Source: an uncultured Gemmatimonadales bacterium (GTDB lineage Bacteria > Gemmatimonadota > Gemmatimonadetes > Longimicrobiales > RSA9). Taken from it: 64,000 bases of DNA. The stretch spans positions 544,001 through 608,000 of the forward strand of contig CAWCUS010000002.1 of the NCBI GenBank assembly GCA_963798845.1, read 5' to 3'. Each line of letters opens with the position of its first letter. Within the stretch, counting starts at the first letter, position 1. Position numbers and translations under genes: made by a program. The notes beneath the pieces are model-generated. The model saw nothing but the letters and a program-made list of their open reading frames with translations. It did no database searches and had not been told where the DNA came from. This document shows positions 29,372 to 38,712 of the stretch, piece by piece.

Positions 29372-31123
29372 ATGTCGCAACGGACCCGGCGCGGTCTCTG
29401 GCCGCTGGCCCTCCTCCTGTTCGCGACCGCGTGCATCCACAACCCGATCGGCGGTCGCCCGGTGCCGACGACCCTCCGCTATCCCGTGGTCCCGCTGCCC
29501 CGACGCGTGATCCCGATGGAAGGCACCTTCCGACTGGATGCGGGCACGCGCATCGTCCTGGCCGACAGCGGGGATGCCGAGCTGCGGCAGATCGCCGATC
29601 TGTTCGCGGCCCCGCTCCGGGAGGCGTCCGGCCTGCCGCTCCCCGTCCTGGCCGGGACCGGCTCCGCGGATGCGGCAGCCGGACATGCGATCTCTCTGGG
29701 ACTGGATGCGGACGAGGACTGGCCGTCGCCGGAGGCCTACCGCCTCGAGGTTACCGCGGTCGGCGTCACTCTCACGGCTCCAACGCCCACGGGACTGTTC
29801 CGGGGCACGCAGACGCTGCGGCAGCTGCTACCCGCGTCGCTGGAATGGTCGGCAGCGGCAGGAACGGCGGCGGGAAGCGGCGCGGAGGGCGGGCCGGGGA
29901 CGGGCTCGGCCCGGGCCTGGACCGTGGCGGCGGGCATCATCGAGGACGCGCCGCGCTTCCCGTATCGCGGCATGCACCTGGACGTGGCGCGGCACGTGTT
30001 CCCGGTGCCGTTCATCAAGAAGTACATCGACCTGCTGGCGCTCTACAAGTTCAACACGTTCCACTGGCACCTCACCGATGACCAGGGCTGGCGCCTGGAG
30101 ATCCGGAAGTACCCGCGGCTCACCGAGGTGGGGGCGTGGCGCGCGGAGACGCAGGTGGGGCGGGAGTCGGACCCCTTCGTTGGAGACTCGACGCCGTACG
30201 GCGGCTACTACACGCAGGCGCAGGTCCGCGACATCGTGGCGTACGCTGCAGCGCGGCACATCGCCATCATCCCCGAGATCGAGATGCCGGGCCACGCGCT
30301 CGCGGCGCTGGCGTCGTACCCCGGACTGGGGTGCGGGCCGGGGCCGTACGAGGTCGGCACGCACTGGGGGGTCTACGAGGACATCTTCTGCCCGAAGGAA
30401 GCGACCTTCGCCTTCCTGGAGAACGTGCTACTGGAGGTGATGGAGCTGTTCCCGGGGCCGTACATCCACGTCGGCGGAGACGAAGCGCCGAAGGATGCGT
30501 GGGAGCGGAGCGACACGGCGCAGGCGGTGATCCGTCGCGAGGGGCTGGCCGGCGAGACGGAGCTCCAGAGCTGGTTCATCCGCCGCATCGAGCGGTTCCT
30601 GGGCGCCCACGGCCGCAGGCTGATCGGCTGGGACGAGATCCTCGAGGGCGGCCTCGCCCCCGCGGCCACTGTCATGTCGTGGCGCGGAATGGAAGGCGGA
30701 ATCGAGGCGGCGCTCGCGGGGCACGACGTGATCATGACGCCCACCAGCCACCTGTACTTCGACTACTACCAGGGCGACCGCGCGACCGAGCCGCTGGCCA
30801 TCGGCGGCTTCACGCCGCTTCGGAAAGTGTACGCGTTCGACCCGGTGCCGGCCGCGCTGAGCGGCGATGCCGCTCGCCACGTCCTGGGAGCTCAGGGGAA
30901 TGTCTGGACCGAGTACATCACCACGCCGGAACAGGTGGAGTACATGGCCGTGCCGCGGATGCTGGCGCTCGCCGAAGTCGTATGGTCGCCGGCGTCGGCC
31001 CGCGACTGGGACGACTTCTCCGTCCGCCTGCGGGCGCAGCTCGAGCGGCTGCACGCGCTGGGCGTCCATTATCGGGCCCCGGATTCCGCTCCCGCGGCCG
31101 AGGCGGCGCCGCTCGAGCGGTGA
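29372..31123 (+). CDS. Beta-N-acetylhexosaminidase (GH20)
   Basis: DAPRFPYRGMHLDVARH, HWHLTDDQGWR, PEIEMPGH, HVGGDEA, GAQGNVWTEY. Confidence 0.95.
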   Translation: MSQRTRRGLWPLALLLFATACIHNPIGGRPVPTTLRYPVVPLPRRVIPMEGTFRLDAGTRIVLADSGDAELRQIADLFAAPLREASGLPLPVLAGTGSADAAAGHAISLGLDADEDWPSPEAYRLEVTAVGVTLTAPTPTGLFRGTQTLRQLLPASLEWSAAAGTAAGSGAEGGPGTGSARAWTVAAGIIEDAPRFPYRGMHLDVARHVFPVPFIKKYIDLLALYKFNTFHWHLTDDQGWRLEIRKYPRLTEVGAWRAETQVGRESDPFVGDSTPYGGYYTQAQVRDIVAYAAARHIAIIPEIEMPGHALAALASYPGLGCGPGPYEVGTHWGVYEDIFCPKEATFAFLENVLLEVMELFPGPYIHVGGDEAPKDAWERSDTAQAVIRREGLAGETELQSWFIRRIERFLGAHGRRLIGWDEILEGGLAPAATVMSWRGMEGGIEAALAGHDVIMTPTSHLYFDYYQGDRATEPLAIGGFTPLRKVYAFDPVPAALSGDAARHVLGAQGNVWTEYITTPEQVEYMAVPRMLALAEVVWSPASARDWDDFSVRLRAQLERLHALGVHYRAPDSAPAAEAAPLER

Positions 31124-31232
31124 AGCACCGCCAGCCGCTGCCGCTCAGACGGCAACAATGGCCCGCTCGCGGGTATCCGGTCGTGAGCGGGCTGCCACCC
31201 GGGCCCCGCGCCAACCTCGACACCCCTGACGT

Positions 31233-32948
31233 ATGAAGCGCTATCATCTGCCGCTCCTGATCGCGGCCGGCCTGGCCGCGTGCACCTCCGCGCCTCCGCC
31301 CGCGTCACCGGTCCCGGCGACCGCGCCCCGCGACGGCGCCGTCGACACGCAGCGGGCCGGCACCGCCCCCACACCCGTCCCGGAGGCCTCGCCCGCACCG
31401 TCGTCTCCCGGTGCGCCCTCGGCCGCGCCCGTTCCGCCGTCGGCGCCGGCGGGCTGGTGGCTTGCCGACGCCACCGGGGACGCTCCGGGTGCCGGGGTGG
31501 AGGCGGCGTACCGGGCGCTGGCGGGGAAGGAGCCGAAGCGGACGGTCGTGGTCGGCGTGATCGATTCTGGCGTCGACACTTCGCACGTGGACCTGCACGC
31601 GAACCTGTGGACGAACCCCGGCGAGGTGCCGGGGAACGGGGTGGACGATGACGGGAACGGGTATGTCGACGACGTGCGCGGCTGGGACTTCATCGGCGGC
31701 GCCGGCGGCGACGTGGACGAAGACACGTACGAGGTGACCCGGCTGTACGCGGCGTGTCAGGCGCAGCCGGCGGGCGAGGACCGGGTCGTGGCCGGAGACG
31801 TGTCGTGCGCGACGATCGACTCGGCGTTCGACGCCCAGGTCCGGCAGACCCGGCAGCAGCTGGCGCAGGTCCAGAACGTGGGCGCGGCCGCCCAGCGCGC
31901 CACCGACATGCTCCGGGACCAGGTCGGCGGCGACAGTCTGACCGTGGATGCGGTCCGGGCCCTGGTGCCGATGCGCTCCGACGTCCGCCAGGCCCAGACG
32001 ATCTACCTCCAGCTCGCGGCCATGGGCATCACGCCAGAGATGATCGCGAACGAGCGGGATCGTCTGCAGGGCGCGCTGGAGCACTCGCTCAACCCCGACT
32101 TCGACCCGCGCCCAATCGTGGGCGACGACTACGCCGACCTGACTCAGCGCCACTACGGCAACACCGACGTGGTCGGCCCCGAGGCGGAGCACGGCACCGG
32201 CGTGGCCGGGATCATCGCCGCGGTGCGCGGCAACGGGATCGGCCAGGACGGGGTCGCGCCGAGCGCCCGCATCATGGTCGTGCGCACCGTCCCGGACGGT
32301 GATGAGCGCGACAAGGACGTCGCCAACGCCATCCGCTACGCCGTGGACAACGGAGCGAATGTCATCAACATGAGCTTCGGCAAGGGCTTCTCCCCCGGGA
32401 AGCCGGCGGTGGACGCGGCGGTGCGGTACGCGGAGTCCAAAGGCGTGCTGCTGGTCCACGCGGCCGGCAACGAGGGCGAGGACCTGGCGGTGGCCGGGAA
32501 CTACCCGAACCGCTTCTACGCCGATGGCGGCGAGGCGTCGAACTGGATCGAGGTCGGCGCGTCGGACTGGCACGGCGGCGAAGGGCTGGCCGCCTCGTTC
32601 AGCAACTACGGTCAGAAGCAGGTGGACGTCTTCGCCCCCGGCGTTTCCATCACGACCACCGCACCGGGAAACGACTACCAGACGGGCGACGGCACCAGCT
32701 TCGCCGCGCCGGTGGTCACCGGCGTCGCCGCGCTCATCATGGCGTACTACCCGGAGCTGACCGCGCAGCAGGTCCGGCAGGTCATCCTGGACTCCGCTCG
32801 GCCGTACGGCTCGACCCAGGTGGACGTCCCCGGCTCGCCCGGCGAACGCACGCCCTTCAGCCGTCTTTCCGCCACCGGCGGCGTCGTGGACGCGCGCGCC
32901 GCGCTCGAGCTGGCCGCGAAGGTCGCGGCGGGCGGCGGGGGCAAGTAG
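31233..32948 (+). CDS. S8 family (subtilisin-like) serine peptidase, lipoprotein
   Basis: VIDSGVD, HGTGVAG, AAGN, GTSFAAPVVTG; LAAC lipobox. Confidence 0.95.
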   Translation: MKRYHLPLLIAAGLAACTSAPPPASPVPATAPRDGAVDTQRAGTAPTPVPEASPAPSSPGAPSAAPVPPSAPAGWWLADATGDAPGAGVEAAYRALAGKEPKRTVVVGVIDSGVDTSHVDLHANLWTNPGEVPGNGVDDDGNGYVDDVRGWDFIGGAGGDVDEDTYEVTRLYAACQAQPAGEDRVVAGDVSCATIDSAFDAQVRQTRQQLAQVQNVGAAAQRATDMLRDQVGGDSLTVDAVRALVPMRSDVRQAQTIYLQLAAMGITPEMIANERDRLQGALEHSLNPDFDPRPIVGDDYADLTQRHYGNTDVVGPEAEHGTGVAGIIAAVRGNGIGQDGVAPSARIMVVRTVPDGDERDKDVANAIRYAVDNGANVINMSFGKGFSPGKPAVDAAVRYAESKGVLLVHAAGNEGEDLAVAGNYPNRFYADGGEASNWIEVGASDWHGGEGLAASFSNYGQKQVDVFAPGVSITTTAPGNDYQTGDGTSFAAPVVTGVAALIMAYYPELTAQQVRQVILDSARPYGSTQVDVPGSPGERTPFSRLSATGGVVDARAALELAAKVAAGGGGK

Positions 32949-32980
32949 GCCGCGACCAGCACCTGCGTCCACGCGGGGCC

Positions 32981-33011
32981 GGGGCGCGACGCCGTGCGGG
33001 CGTCGCGCCCC
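32981..33011. terminator. Perfect 13-bp hairpin between convergent genes
   Basis: GGGGCGCGACGCC-loop-GGCGTCGCGCCCC. Confidence 0.6.
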
Positions 33012-33021
33012 GTTGCCGGCT

Positions 33022-33375
33022 TCAGCTCCGGCCCTTCACGCGCACCAGGTACGCCCCGCTCCCGAGATCGACGGCCCATTCGGCGACCCGGTGCGCCAGC
33101 CACCCGTTCAGCGCGTCGCGCACCACGCCCTGGAGAACCGGCTGGCCAGGTGAGCCAAGGCCCCGGCCCGTGATCACGCGCACGACGTCACCGGGCGCGC
33201 TCGCCGCGACGCGGCCCAGGAACATCTCCAGCCGGCGCTCGGCCTCGTCTGCGCTCGAGCCGTGCAGGTCCAGCTCGTCGGCGACGATGGCCGAGTGAAG
33301 CGTGCGCGGCACGGCCGACGGCGCCGACGCGTCCGGCCCCGGCCTCTCCTTCTTCCGCTTCCGCTTCCTGCCCAC
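33022..33375 (-). CDS. Smr/MutS2 C-terminal domain protein
   Basis: ELDLHG...VRVITGRGLGS...GAYLV; GGAGG before GTG. Confidence 0.85.
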   Translation of the reverse strand: MGRKRKRKKERPGPDASAPSAVPRTLHSAIVADELDLHGSSADEAERRLEMFLGRVAASAPGDVVRVITGRGLGSPGQPVLQGVVRDALNGWLAHRVAEWAVDLGSGAYLVRVKGRS

Positions 33376-33458
33376 GTCCCCCTCCGCCGTTGTTCGCGTC
33401 CGTCGCGGGCTCGCGTGAAGCCGTGCCCGACGTCCTCCGCCCTCCCGGCGCCCTGGCG

Positions 33459-34763
33459 CTACCGAAGCCTGTAGATCAGCAGCGCCGCGCGCTCCGCAGA
33501 CTTCGCGATGGAGGCGAGGTCCACGTCCTCGTCGGGCGTGTGGGCGCCCTCCCCCTCGACGCCGAGCCCCCCCAGCGCGCCGAGCGCAACGTGCCCCGCC
33601 GCGAAGGACAGGTCGGAGGCGCCGCGGCCGCCCGGGTCGAACTCGACCACGGCGCCGTAGCCCAGGTCGCGGCTTGCCCGGTCGTAGAGGGAGAGGAGCT
33701 GCCGGTTCCCGGCCGTGGGCGGCATGCCGGGATAGCCGTCGAAGAAGGTGATCGCGGCGGTCGTCCCGGGGAGGTGCCGGGCGACGATCGCCTCCATTCG
33801 GAGCCGGGCGCTCGCCAGCTGCTCGTCGCTGATGGTCCGGATGCCGCCGTGCACCACCACGCGCTGCGCCACGATGTTCGTCTTGGACGACGCGCTGCCC
33901 CGCACGGTCTCCGGGTCGTAGTCGACATCCGTCCCGCCCACGATCACGGCCGGGTTGAACGTCAGGTACTCCTCCCCTTTCAGCTCGGTGTAGAACGCGT
34001 CCAGGATGCGGGCGGCCTCGAACACGGCCCCGGCGCCCGTCTCCCCGGAGAAGATCCCGGACGAGTGCGCCGTGTGGCCGCCGACCTCCAGCAGCCAGGT
34101 GGTCGAGCCGCGGCGGGCGGTGCTGGCGAAGTCGTGCTCGTCGCCGGAAATGGCAGTCTCGAACTCCAGGGCGACGTCGCTCGAGTCGGCCAGCGCCACC
34201 AGCGGAGCCCGGGCATCGGCGAGCGGCTCGCCCGGCGACTCCTCGTCTCCCGTGAAGATGACGCGGATGGTCCGCCCTTCCAGCGCGCCGACCGCCCGGA
34301 GCGCCCGCAGCGCCATGAGGATGGCGGTGTTGCCGCCCTTCATGTCGTTGACGCCCGGCCCCCTCGCCGTCATGCCGTCGCGCTCGAACCACCCCTCGCC
34401 CTCGAGCGCCGTGTCGAGGTGGCCGATGAGGAGGATGCGCTTGCCGACGGGCCCGGTGCGTTCGGCGACGAGGTGGCCGGCGCGCCCCACGGCGCCGCCC
34501 GGGATCCAGCGCACGCCGAAGCCGAGGCTCCGGAGCTCCGGGCCCATCATCCCGGCAAGACGGCGGATGCCGGCGGTGTCCTGTGTTCCGCTGCCGATGC
34601 GCACCTGCCGGGCGAGGAGATCGATGCCTTCGTCCTCGTGGTCGCGGATGTAGCGCGAGATCTGGCGCTCCCGGGCGTCGAGCTGGGCGAGGAGCGGGGC
34701 GGGCGGCGCGGCCACGAGCAGCGCGGCGGCCAGGGCGGCGGAAACGGCGGCGAGTCTGATCAT
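33459..34763 (-). CDS. M20 family metallopeptidase (carboxypeptidase G2-like)
   Basis: LIGHLDT, GPGVNDMKGG, GDEES, GGASD-like GASD, GAHTPDE. Confidence 0.9.
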   Translation of the reverse strand: MIRLAAVSAALAAALLVAAPPAPLLAQLDARERQISRYIRDHEDEGIDLLARQVRIGSGTQDTAGIRRLAGMMGPELRSLGFGVRWIPGGAVGRAGHLVAERTGPVGKRILLIGHLDTALEGEGWFERDGMTARGPGVNDMKGGNTAILMALRALRAVGALEGRTIRVIFTGDEESPGEPLADARAPLVALADSSDVALEFETAISGDEHDFASTARRGSTTWLLEVGGHTAHSSGIFSGETGAGAVFEAARILDAFYTELKGEEYLTFNPAVIVGGTDVDYDPETVRGSASSKTNIVAQRVVVHGGIRTISDEQLASARLRMEAIVARHLPGTTAAITFFDGYPGMPPTAGNRQLLSLYDRASRDLGYGAVVEFDPGGRGASDLSFAAGHVALGALGGLGVEGEGAHTPDEDVDLASIAKSAERAALLIYRLR

Positions 34764-34843
34764 GAGGCCAGTGTCGGGGACGGGGACCAGGCGCGCAACC
34801 GCACGTCCACGCGCCGGATGACGGCACGCGCTATATTGCCGCC

Positions 34844-35098
34844 ATGCCGAACTGCACACACGAAGACGCGATCCGCGACGTCACCCCCAGCGGTGACGGC
34901 TGCAAGGAGTGCCTGGAGACCGGCGACGCGTGGGTTCACCTCCGCCTCTGTCTCACGTGTGGCCACGTCGGGTGCTGCGACTCGTCGAAGAACCGCCACG
35001 CGAGCAAGCACGCCCGCGACGCCGGCCACCCCATTGTCCAGAGCTTCGAGCCGGGCGAGACCTGGCGGTGGTGCTACGTGGACCGGACGGAAGTCTGA
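34844..35098 (+). CDS. UBP-type zinc finger protein
   Basis: CTH...CKECL...WVHLRLCLTCGHVGCCDSSKNRHASKH...WCYVD. Confidence 0.92.
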   Translation: MPNCTHEDAIRDVTPSGDGCKECLETGDAWVHLRLCLTCGHVGCCDSSKNRHASKHARDAGHPIVQSFEPGETWRWCYVDRTEV

Positions 35099-35149
35099 CC
35101 CGCGGCCTCGCGCCGCGGGCTGCCCCCGCGGTCTCGCGACGTCAGGCCG

Positions 35150-35557
35150 CTACTTCTTCTTCCGCTTCGCCTGACCCTTCCGCTTTCCGCCTCCGCTGAC
35201 CGTGGCGGCCATCGCTTCGAACGCCGCACGCTGGCGGTGGAAGCGCCACCAGAGGAAGAGAACGGCGCCGGCGATCACCTCTACGATGACGCCGGCGACC
35301 ACCGACCAGGCGAACAGCACCGCCCCGAGGATCAGGAGGACGATGCCGGCGCTCAGGAACGCGACCCGCCAGTTCCGCATCATCCGGTAGGACTCGTCGG
35401 GCGTCCGCTCGGCGAACATCTCGATGAGCTTCTCCTGCGTCGCGCTCACCTCGCCGAACTGCTGCTTCGCCCGCTGTTTCTTCAGCTGAGGCGGCTCCTT
35501 GCCGGGCCTGAATCCGCGGATCTGCGGCTGCGGCCCCTGTCCCCTGCGACGCGACAT
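35150..35557 (-). CDS. Hypothetical 2-TM protein with basic termini
   Basis: Codon-typical ORF, two hydrophobic helices. Confidence 0.7.
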   Translation of the reverse strand: MSRRRGQGPQPQIRGFRPGKEPPQLKKQRAKQQFGEVSATQEKLIEMFAERTPDESYRMMRNWRVAFLSAGIVLLILGAVLFAWSVVAGVIVEVIAGAVLFLWWRFHRQRAAFEAMAATVSGGGKRKGQAKRKKK

Positions 35558-35668
35558 TTATGCTGCTCCTGTGGCTCCGAGTCCCCGCTGGCGTACCGGT
35601 GAAGGTACCCGCAACCGGCACACCAGCAAGGGGGCGATGCGCGCAGGGGAGGCGCAGCCCGCCCAGGC

Positions 35669-35762
35669 TCAGGAGAGGCTGGCGAGCAGCCGGTCGAGCG
35701 CGGCGTAGCTCTCGTTGAGCCCGCCCTCCATCCCAGTGCGCCCGGTACCGCGATCCATTCGT
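35669..35762 (-). pseudogene. Possible C-terminal remnant of SRPBCC/AHSA1 protein
   Basis: TGMEGGLNESYAALDRLLAS resembles the terminal helix of the family; no N-terminus. Confidence 0.45.
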
Positions 35763-35849
35763 TCAAGAAGACGGCCAGGGGAACGCTGCCCGTCGGCTCC
35801 CGGATTCACCGGGGTGGTGCGCGCGGGCAGGAGAGGGACAGGTTGATCC

Positions 35850-35927
35850 GCAGCAGGCAGCAGGCAGCAGGCAGCAGGCAGCAGGCAGCAGGCAGCAGTC
35901 AGCAGGCAGCAGGCAGCAGGCAGCAGG
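35850..35927. repeat. (GCAGCAG)x11 heptamer repeat
   Basis: Directly visible, one variant unit. Confidence 0.92.
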
Positions 35928-35988
35928 GTGGCATGCGGCCGCCGGCTGGCGGCAGGCGGCAGGTGGCAGATCCGGAAGGAGGGGCGAG

Positions 35989-36228
35989 ATGCCGGTGGTT
36001 CTGGACGAGGAGCGGCGGAAGCGGATGAAGGCGAGCCTCCAGGGGCTGTACCTTGAGGAGTTCGACGAGGAGCTGAGCGATTTCCGGGCAGAGCGGGTGC
36101 TGGACTTCTTCCTCGAGACGGTCGGTCCCCAGGTGTACAACCAGGCCGTCCAGGATGCCCGCGGCTGGATGCACCGGAAGCTGGACGACCTGGACGGCGA
36201 GGTCTACGTCGCGGCCCGGCCCGTGTGA
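35989..36228 (+). CDS. DUF2164 family protein
   Basis: EEFDEELSDFRAERVLDFFLETVGPQVYNQAVQDA; AAGGAGG RBS. Confidence 0.88.
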   Translation: MPVVLDEERRKRMKASLQGLYLEEFDEELSDFRAERVLDFFLETVGPQVYNQAVQDARGWMHRKLDDLDGEVYVAARPV

Positions 36229-36333
36229 GGAGGACGCGCCCCGTCGCCAAGGAGGCGCGGGCGCGGGCGCTGCACGGCGAGGTGCTTGCCTCTCCGTGAG
36301 CGTGGAACTGGGGGTACCGAGAAAGGACGGGCC

Positions 36334-36921
36334 ATGAAGTGGATGCGTGGCGTTTGGCTGGTGGCGGTGGGCGTGCTGTTGCCGGGCGGCTGCGCGCACG
36401 GGCGGCAGGAGCCGGAGGTGCGCAAGGGAGCCGACCCGGTCCAGATGCGCGTGCGTCGGATCGTCGGCACGGATACGCAGGTCGTGCGCGTGCGGCCCGT
36501 TTCGGTGGACAGCGTGACGCTCGCCGTACCGACCGACTCGGCAGGCCCGGGGCCGGGGGAGTGCGCGCAGCCGGTGACCATCGATGGGGACCGGGTGCTC
36601 AGGCTGCGCTGGCCCGATGACAATGGGGGCGGGAGGCGCTCCGTGTCGGTGACGCTCGACTCGGCGGGCGACGTCGTTTCCTACAGCGACGCCCGCGGCT
36701 CGTCGCTGGACCGCCAGCCCGTCGACGCCTCGGCACCCGGGACGATCATCATGCTGGCGTTCGGCCGCAGGCAGGCCCTCGTGATGAACCGGGGCGGCAA
36801 AGACGCGGGGAGCTTCGTGGTCCCGTTCGGCGACGCGCTCCGCTCCTCCCGGCTGGACCGTCCCCGCGAGCGGATCCGCGAGATCCTGCGCCGGTGCCGC
36901 GGCGACGCGGGTGCGCGGTGA
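36334..36921 (+). CDS. Hypothetical lipoprotein
   Basis: AAAGGA RBS; signal ending LLPGGC. Confidence 0.65.
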   Translation: MKWMRGVWLVAVGVLLPGGCAHGRQEPEVRKGADPVQMRVRRIVGTDTQVVRVRPVSVDSVTLAVPTDSAGPGPGECAQPVTIDGDRVLRLRWPDDNGGGRRSVSVTLDSAGDVVSYSDARGSSLDRQPVDASAPGTIIMLAFGRRQALVMNRGGKDAGSFVVPFGDALRSSRLDRPRERIREILRRCRGDAGAR

Positions 36922-36961
36922 CGCGGGCGCCCCATGTCCGTGGGCCGGGGCGGCAAGCTCC

Positions 36962-38395
36962 TCAGTCGCCGCCCGCGCAGAAGCGCGCCATCTCTTTCGA
37001 CGCCCGCTCGCTGCGGACGGCCACGCCGTCGAAGGCGCGGCAGACAGCGCGCGCACCGGGCTGGATCCGGTGGGCGAGCTCCAGCGACCGAACGGCGGCC
37101 GCCGTGTCGCCCCGGGCCAGCAGCGCGCGCGGAATGTAGAAACCCGCGTTGACGTAGGCGAGCGCGAGCGAGCGCGCCGCGGCCTGGGCACCGAGCGTGT
37201 CGCTGTCCGTCAACCGGCGGTGTAGCGCATCCAGGTCGAGATCCCGCGCCAACGTGGAAAGCGACGGCACGTCCCGCCCCTCCAGCGCCCGCGTGACCGC
37301 CTCGACCCTCGCGAGCGCCCGGGTCTCCCTGTCGATCCAGCGGTGCAGCGCCTCCCCGGTACGGCGCACGTCTCGCGCCCGGCCGAGGCGCGCGGCCGCC
37401 GCTCCCGCAGAGTCGACCGCGGCACCGAGCCCCGCGTCCAGCCCCTGGAAGCTCGCCGCCAGTCGGGAGTAGGCGAGGAACGCGTCGTGAAGGCGACCTG
37501 CGTCCTCGGCCGTGGCGGCCGCATCCCGCCCGGCGCTGAAGCGCGCCCGCACCCAGGACGAGTCGACCGGCGCGAGGCCCGTCCGCTGGGCGAGCAGCTC
37601 GAGCCACTCCACCGCGTCCCCGGCCACCGACGCCGGCGGCCAGCCGTGCGGCCCCGGGTACGACACCACCGCGTGGTCGACGCGCCGGCCGTCCAGCATC
37701 TCCGCGGCGTGCCACACCTCACCGTAATTGAAGTCGAGCGTGCCCGCGCCGAGGAACGCCGGCGGCAATGGCTTCCCCTCGGCTTCCAGCACCAGGCGCA
37801 TGGAGGGAAGGAGCGCCGCACCGAGGCTGACAATGGCGGGGAAGTGGTCGGGCGAGGAGGAGGCGAGGAGCCACGCCAGCCGCGCGGTGCCGGAAAAGCC
37901 GACCAGATAGAGGCGGTGGAGATCCAGCGACAGCGTCGCGGCGGCATCGTTGACCATCGCCTCCACGGCCGCCTCGCTGTCCTCGAATGACGTGGGGCGG
38001 TCACTGCTGGTGTCGTACGAGCTGAGGATGACGTACCCGAGGTTCGAAGCCGCGGGGCGGAACACCTCGAGCGGCAGCAGCGCCCGGCCGCGCGGGTCCA
38101 TCAGGATCAACGCCGGCCACGATCGCGCGCCGTCGTACGCGGGCGGAAGGAACAGGGCGTAGCTCCTGGTCGTGTCCGCCGACGTCACGCGCCGCGGCAC
38201 GAGGACACCCGCTGCAGCGGCGTCAGCCCCGGCCTGCTGCGCCTGGGCGGGGGAGGGGAGCGCGATCATGGCCGCGGCGAAGCGCGCGGCCAGCGCGGTC
38301 AGGACGGCCCGAACGGAGGAGCGTCGAAGCGGGGCGTTCACGGAAAGAGAACGCGCCTGGCGCAGAGGCCGTGACGCGACCCCGGTCCGTGTCAT
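36962..38395 (-). CDS. Alpha/beta hydrolase-like protein with helical C-terminus
   Basis: SYALFLPPAY, RLYLVGFSGTAR nucleophile-elbow motif, GTLDFN, GPHGWPP. Confidence 0.72.
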   Translation of the reverse strand: MTRTGVASRPLRQARSLSVNAPLRRSSVRAVLTALAARFAAAMIALPSPAQAQQAGADAAAAGVLVPRRVTSADTTRSYALFLPPAYDGARSWPALILMDPRGRALLPLEVFRPAASNLGYVILSSYDTSSDRPTSFEDSEAAVEAMVNDAAATLSLDLHRLYLVGFSGTARLAWLLASSSPDHFPAIVSLGAALLPSMRLVLEAEGKPLPPAFLGAGTLDFNYGEVWHAAEMLDGRRVDHAVVSYPGPHGWPPASVAGDAVEWLELLAQRTGLAPVDSSWVRARFSAGRDAAATAEDAGRLHDAFLAYSRLAASFQGLDAGLGAAVDSAGAAAARLGRARDVRRTGEALHRWIDRETRALARVEAVTRALEGRDVPSLSTLARDLDLDALHRRLTDSDTLGAQAAARSLALAYVNAGFYIPRALLARGDTAAAVRSLELAHRIQPGARAVCRAFDGVAVRSERASKEMARFCAGGD

Positions 38396-38712
38396 TCCTC
38401 CGGCTCCTCGTCCTCGCTCGCTTCCAGACCCACCACCTCGCCTTCGAGCCCCATGGCCTCCAGCCGGTCCACGCGGGCGTCCACCACGGCGAACGTCGTG
38501 ATCAGGATGAGGAAGAGGTCGACGAGGAAGATCCCCGTTCCGACGAAGCTGAGCCAGCCGCCGTCGCCGAACCAGATGACGGCCGCGGCGCCCAGGGCGA
38601 CGGAGAACGTGCCGAGCACCGAGAGCCGGGACCGGAGCGTGGGGCGGGGGGGGTGGCCCCAGTGTCGCTCGGGGAGGAGCAGCCCTTCCCTCTTCAGCTC
38701 TTCCAGCGGCAT
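38392..38712 (-). CDS. Small 2-TM hypothetical protein
   Basis: MPLEELKREGLLLPE...; translationally coupled on both sides. Confidence 0.7.
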   Translation of the reverse strand: MPLEELKREGLLLPERHWGHPPRPTLRSRLSVLGTFSVALGAAAVIWFGDGGWLSFVGTGIFLVDLFLILITTFAVVDARVDRLEAMGLEGEVVGLEASEDEEPEE

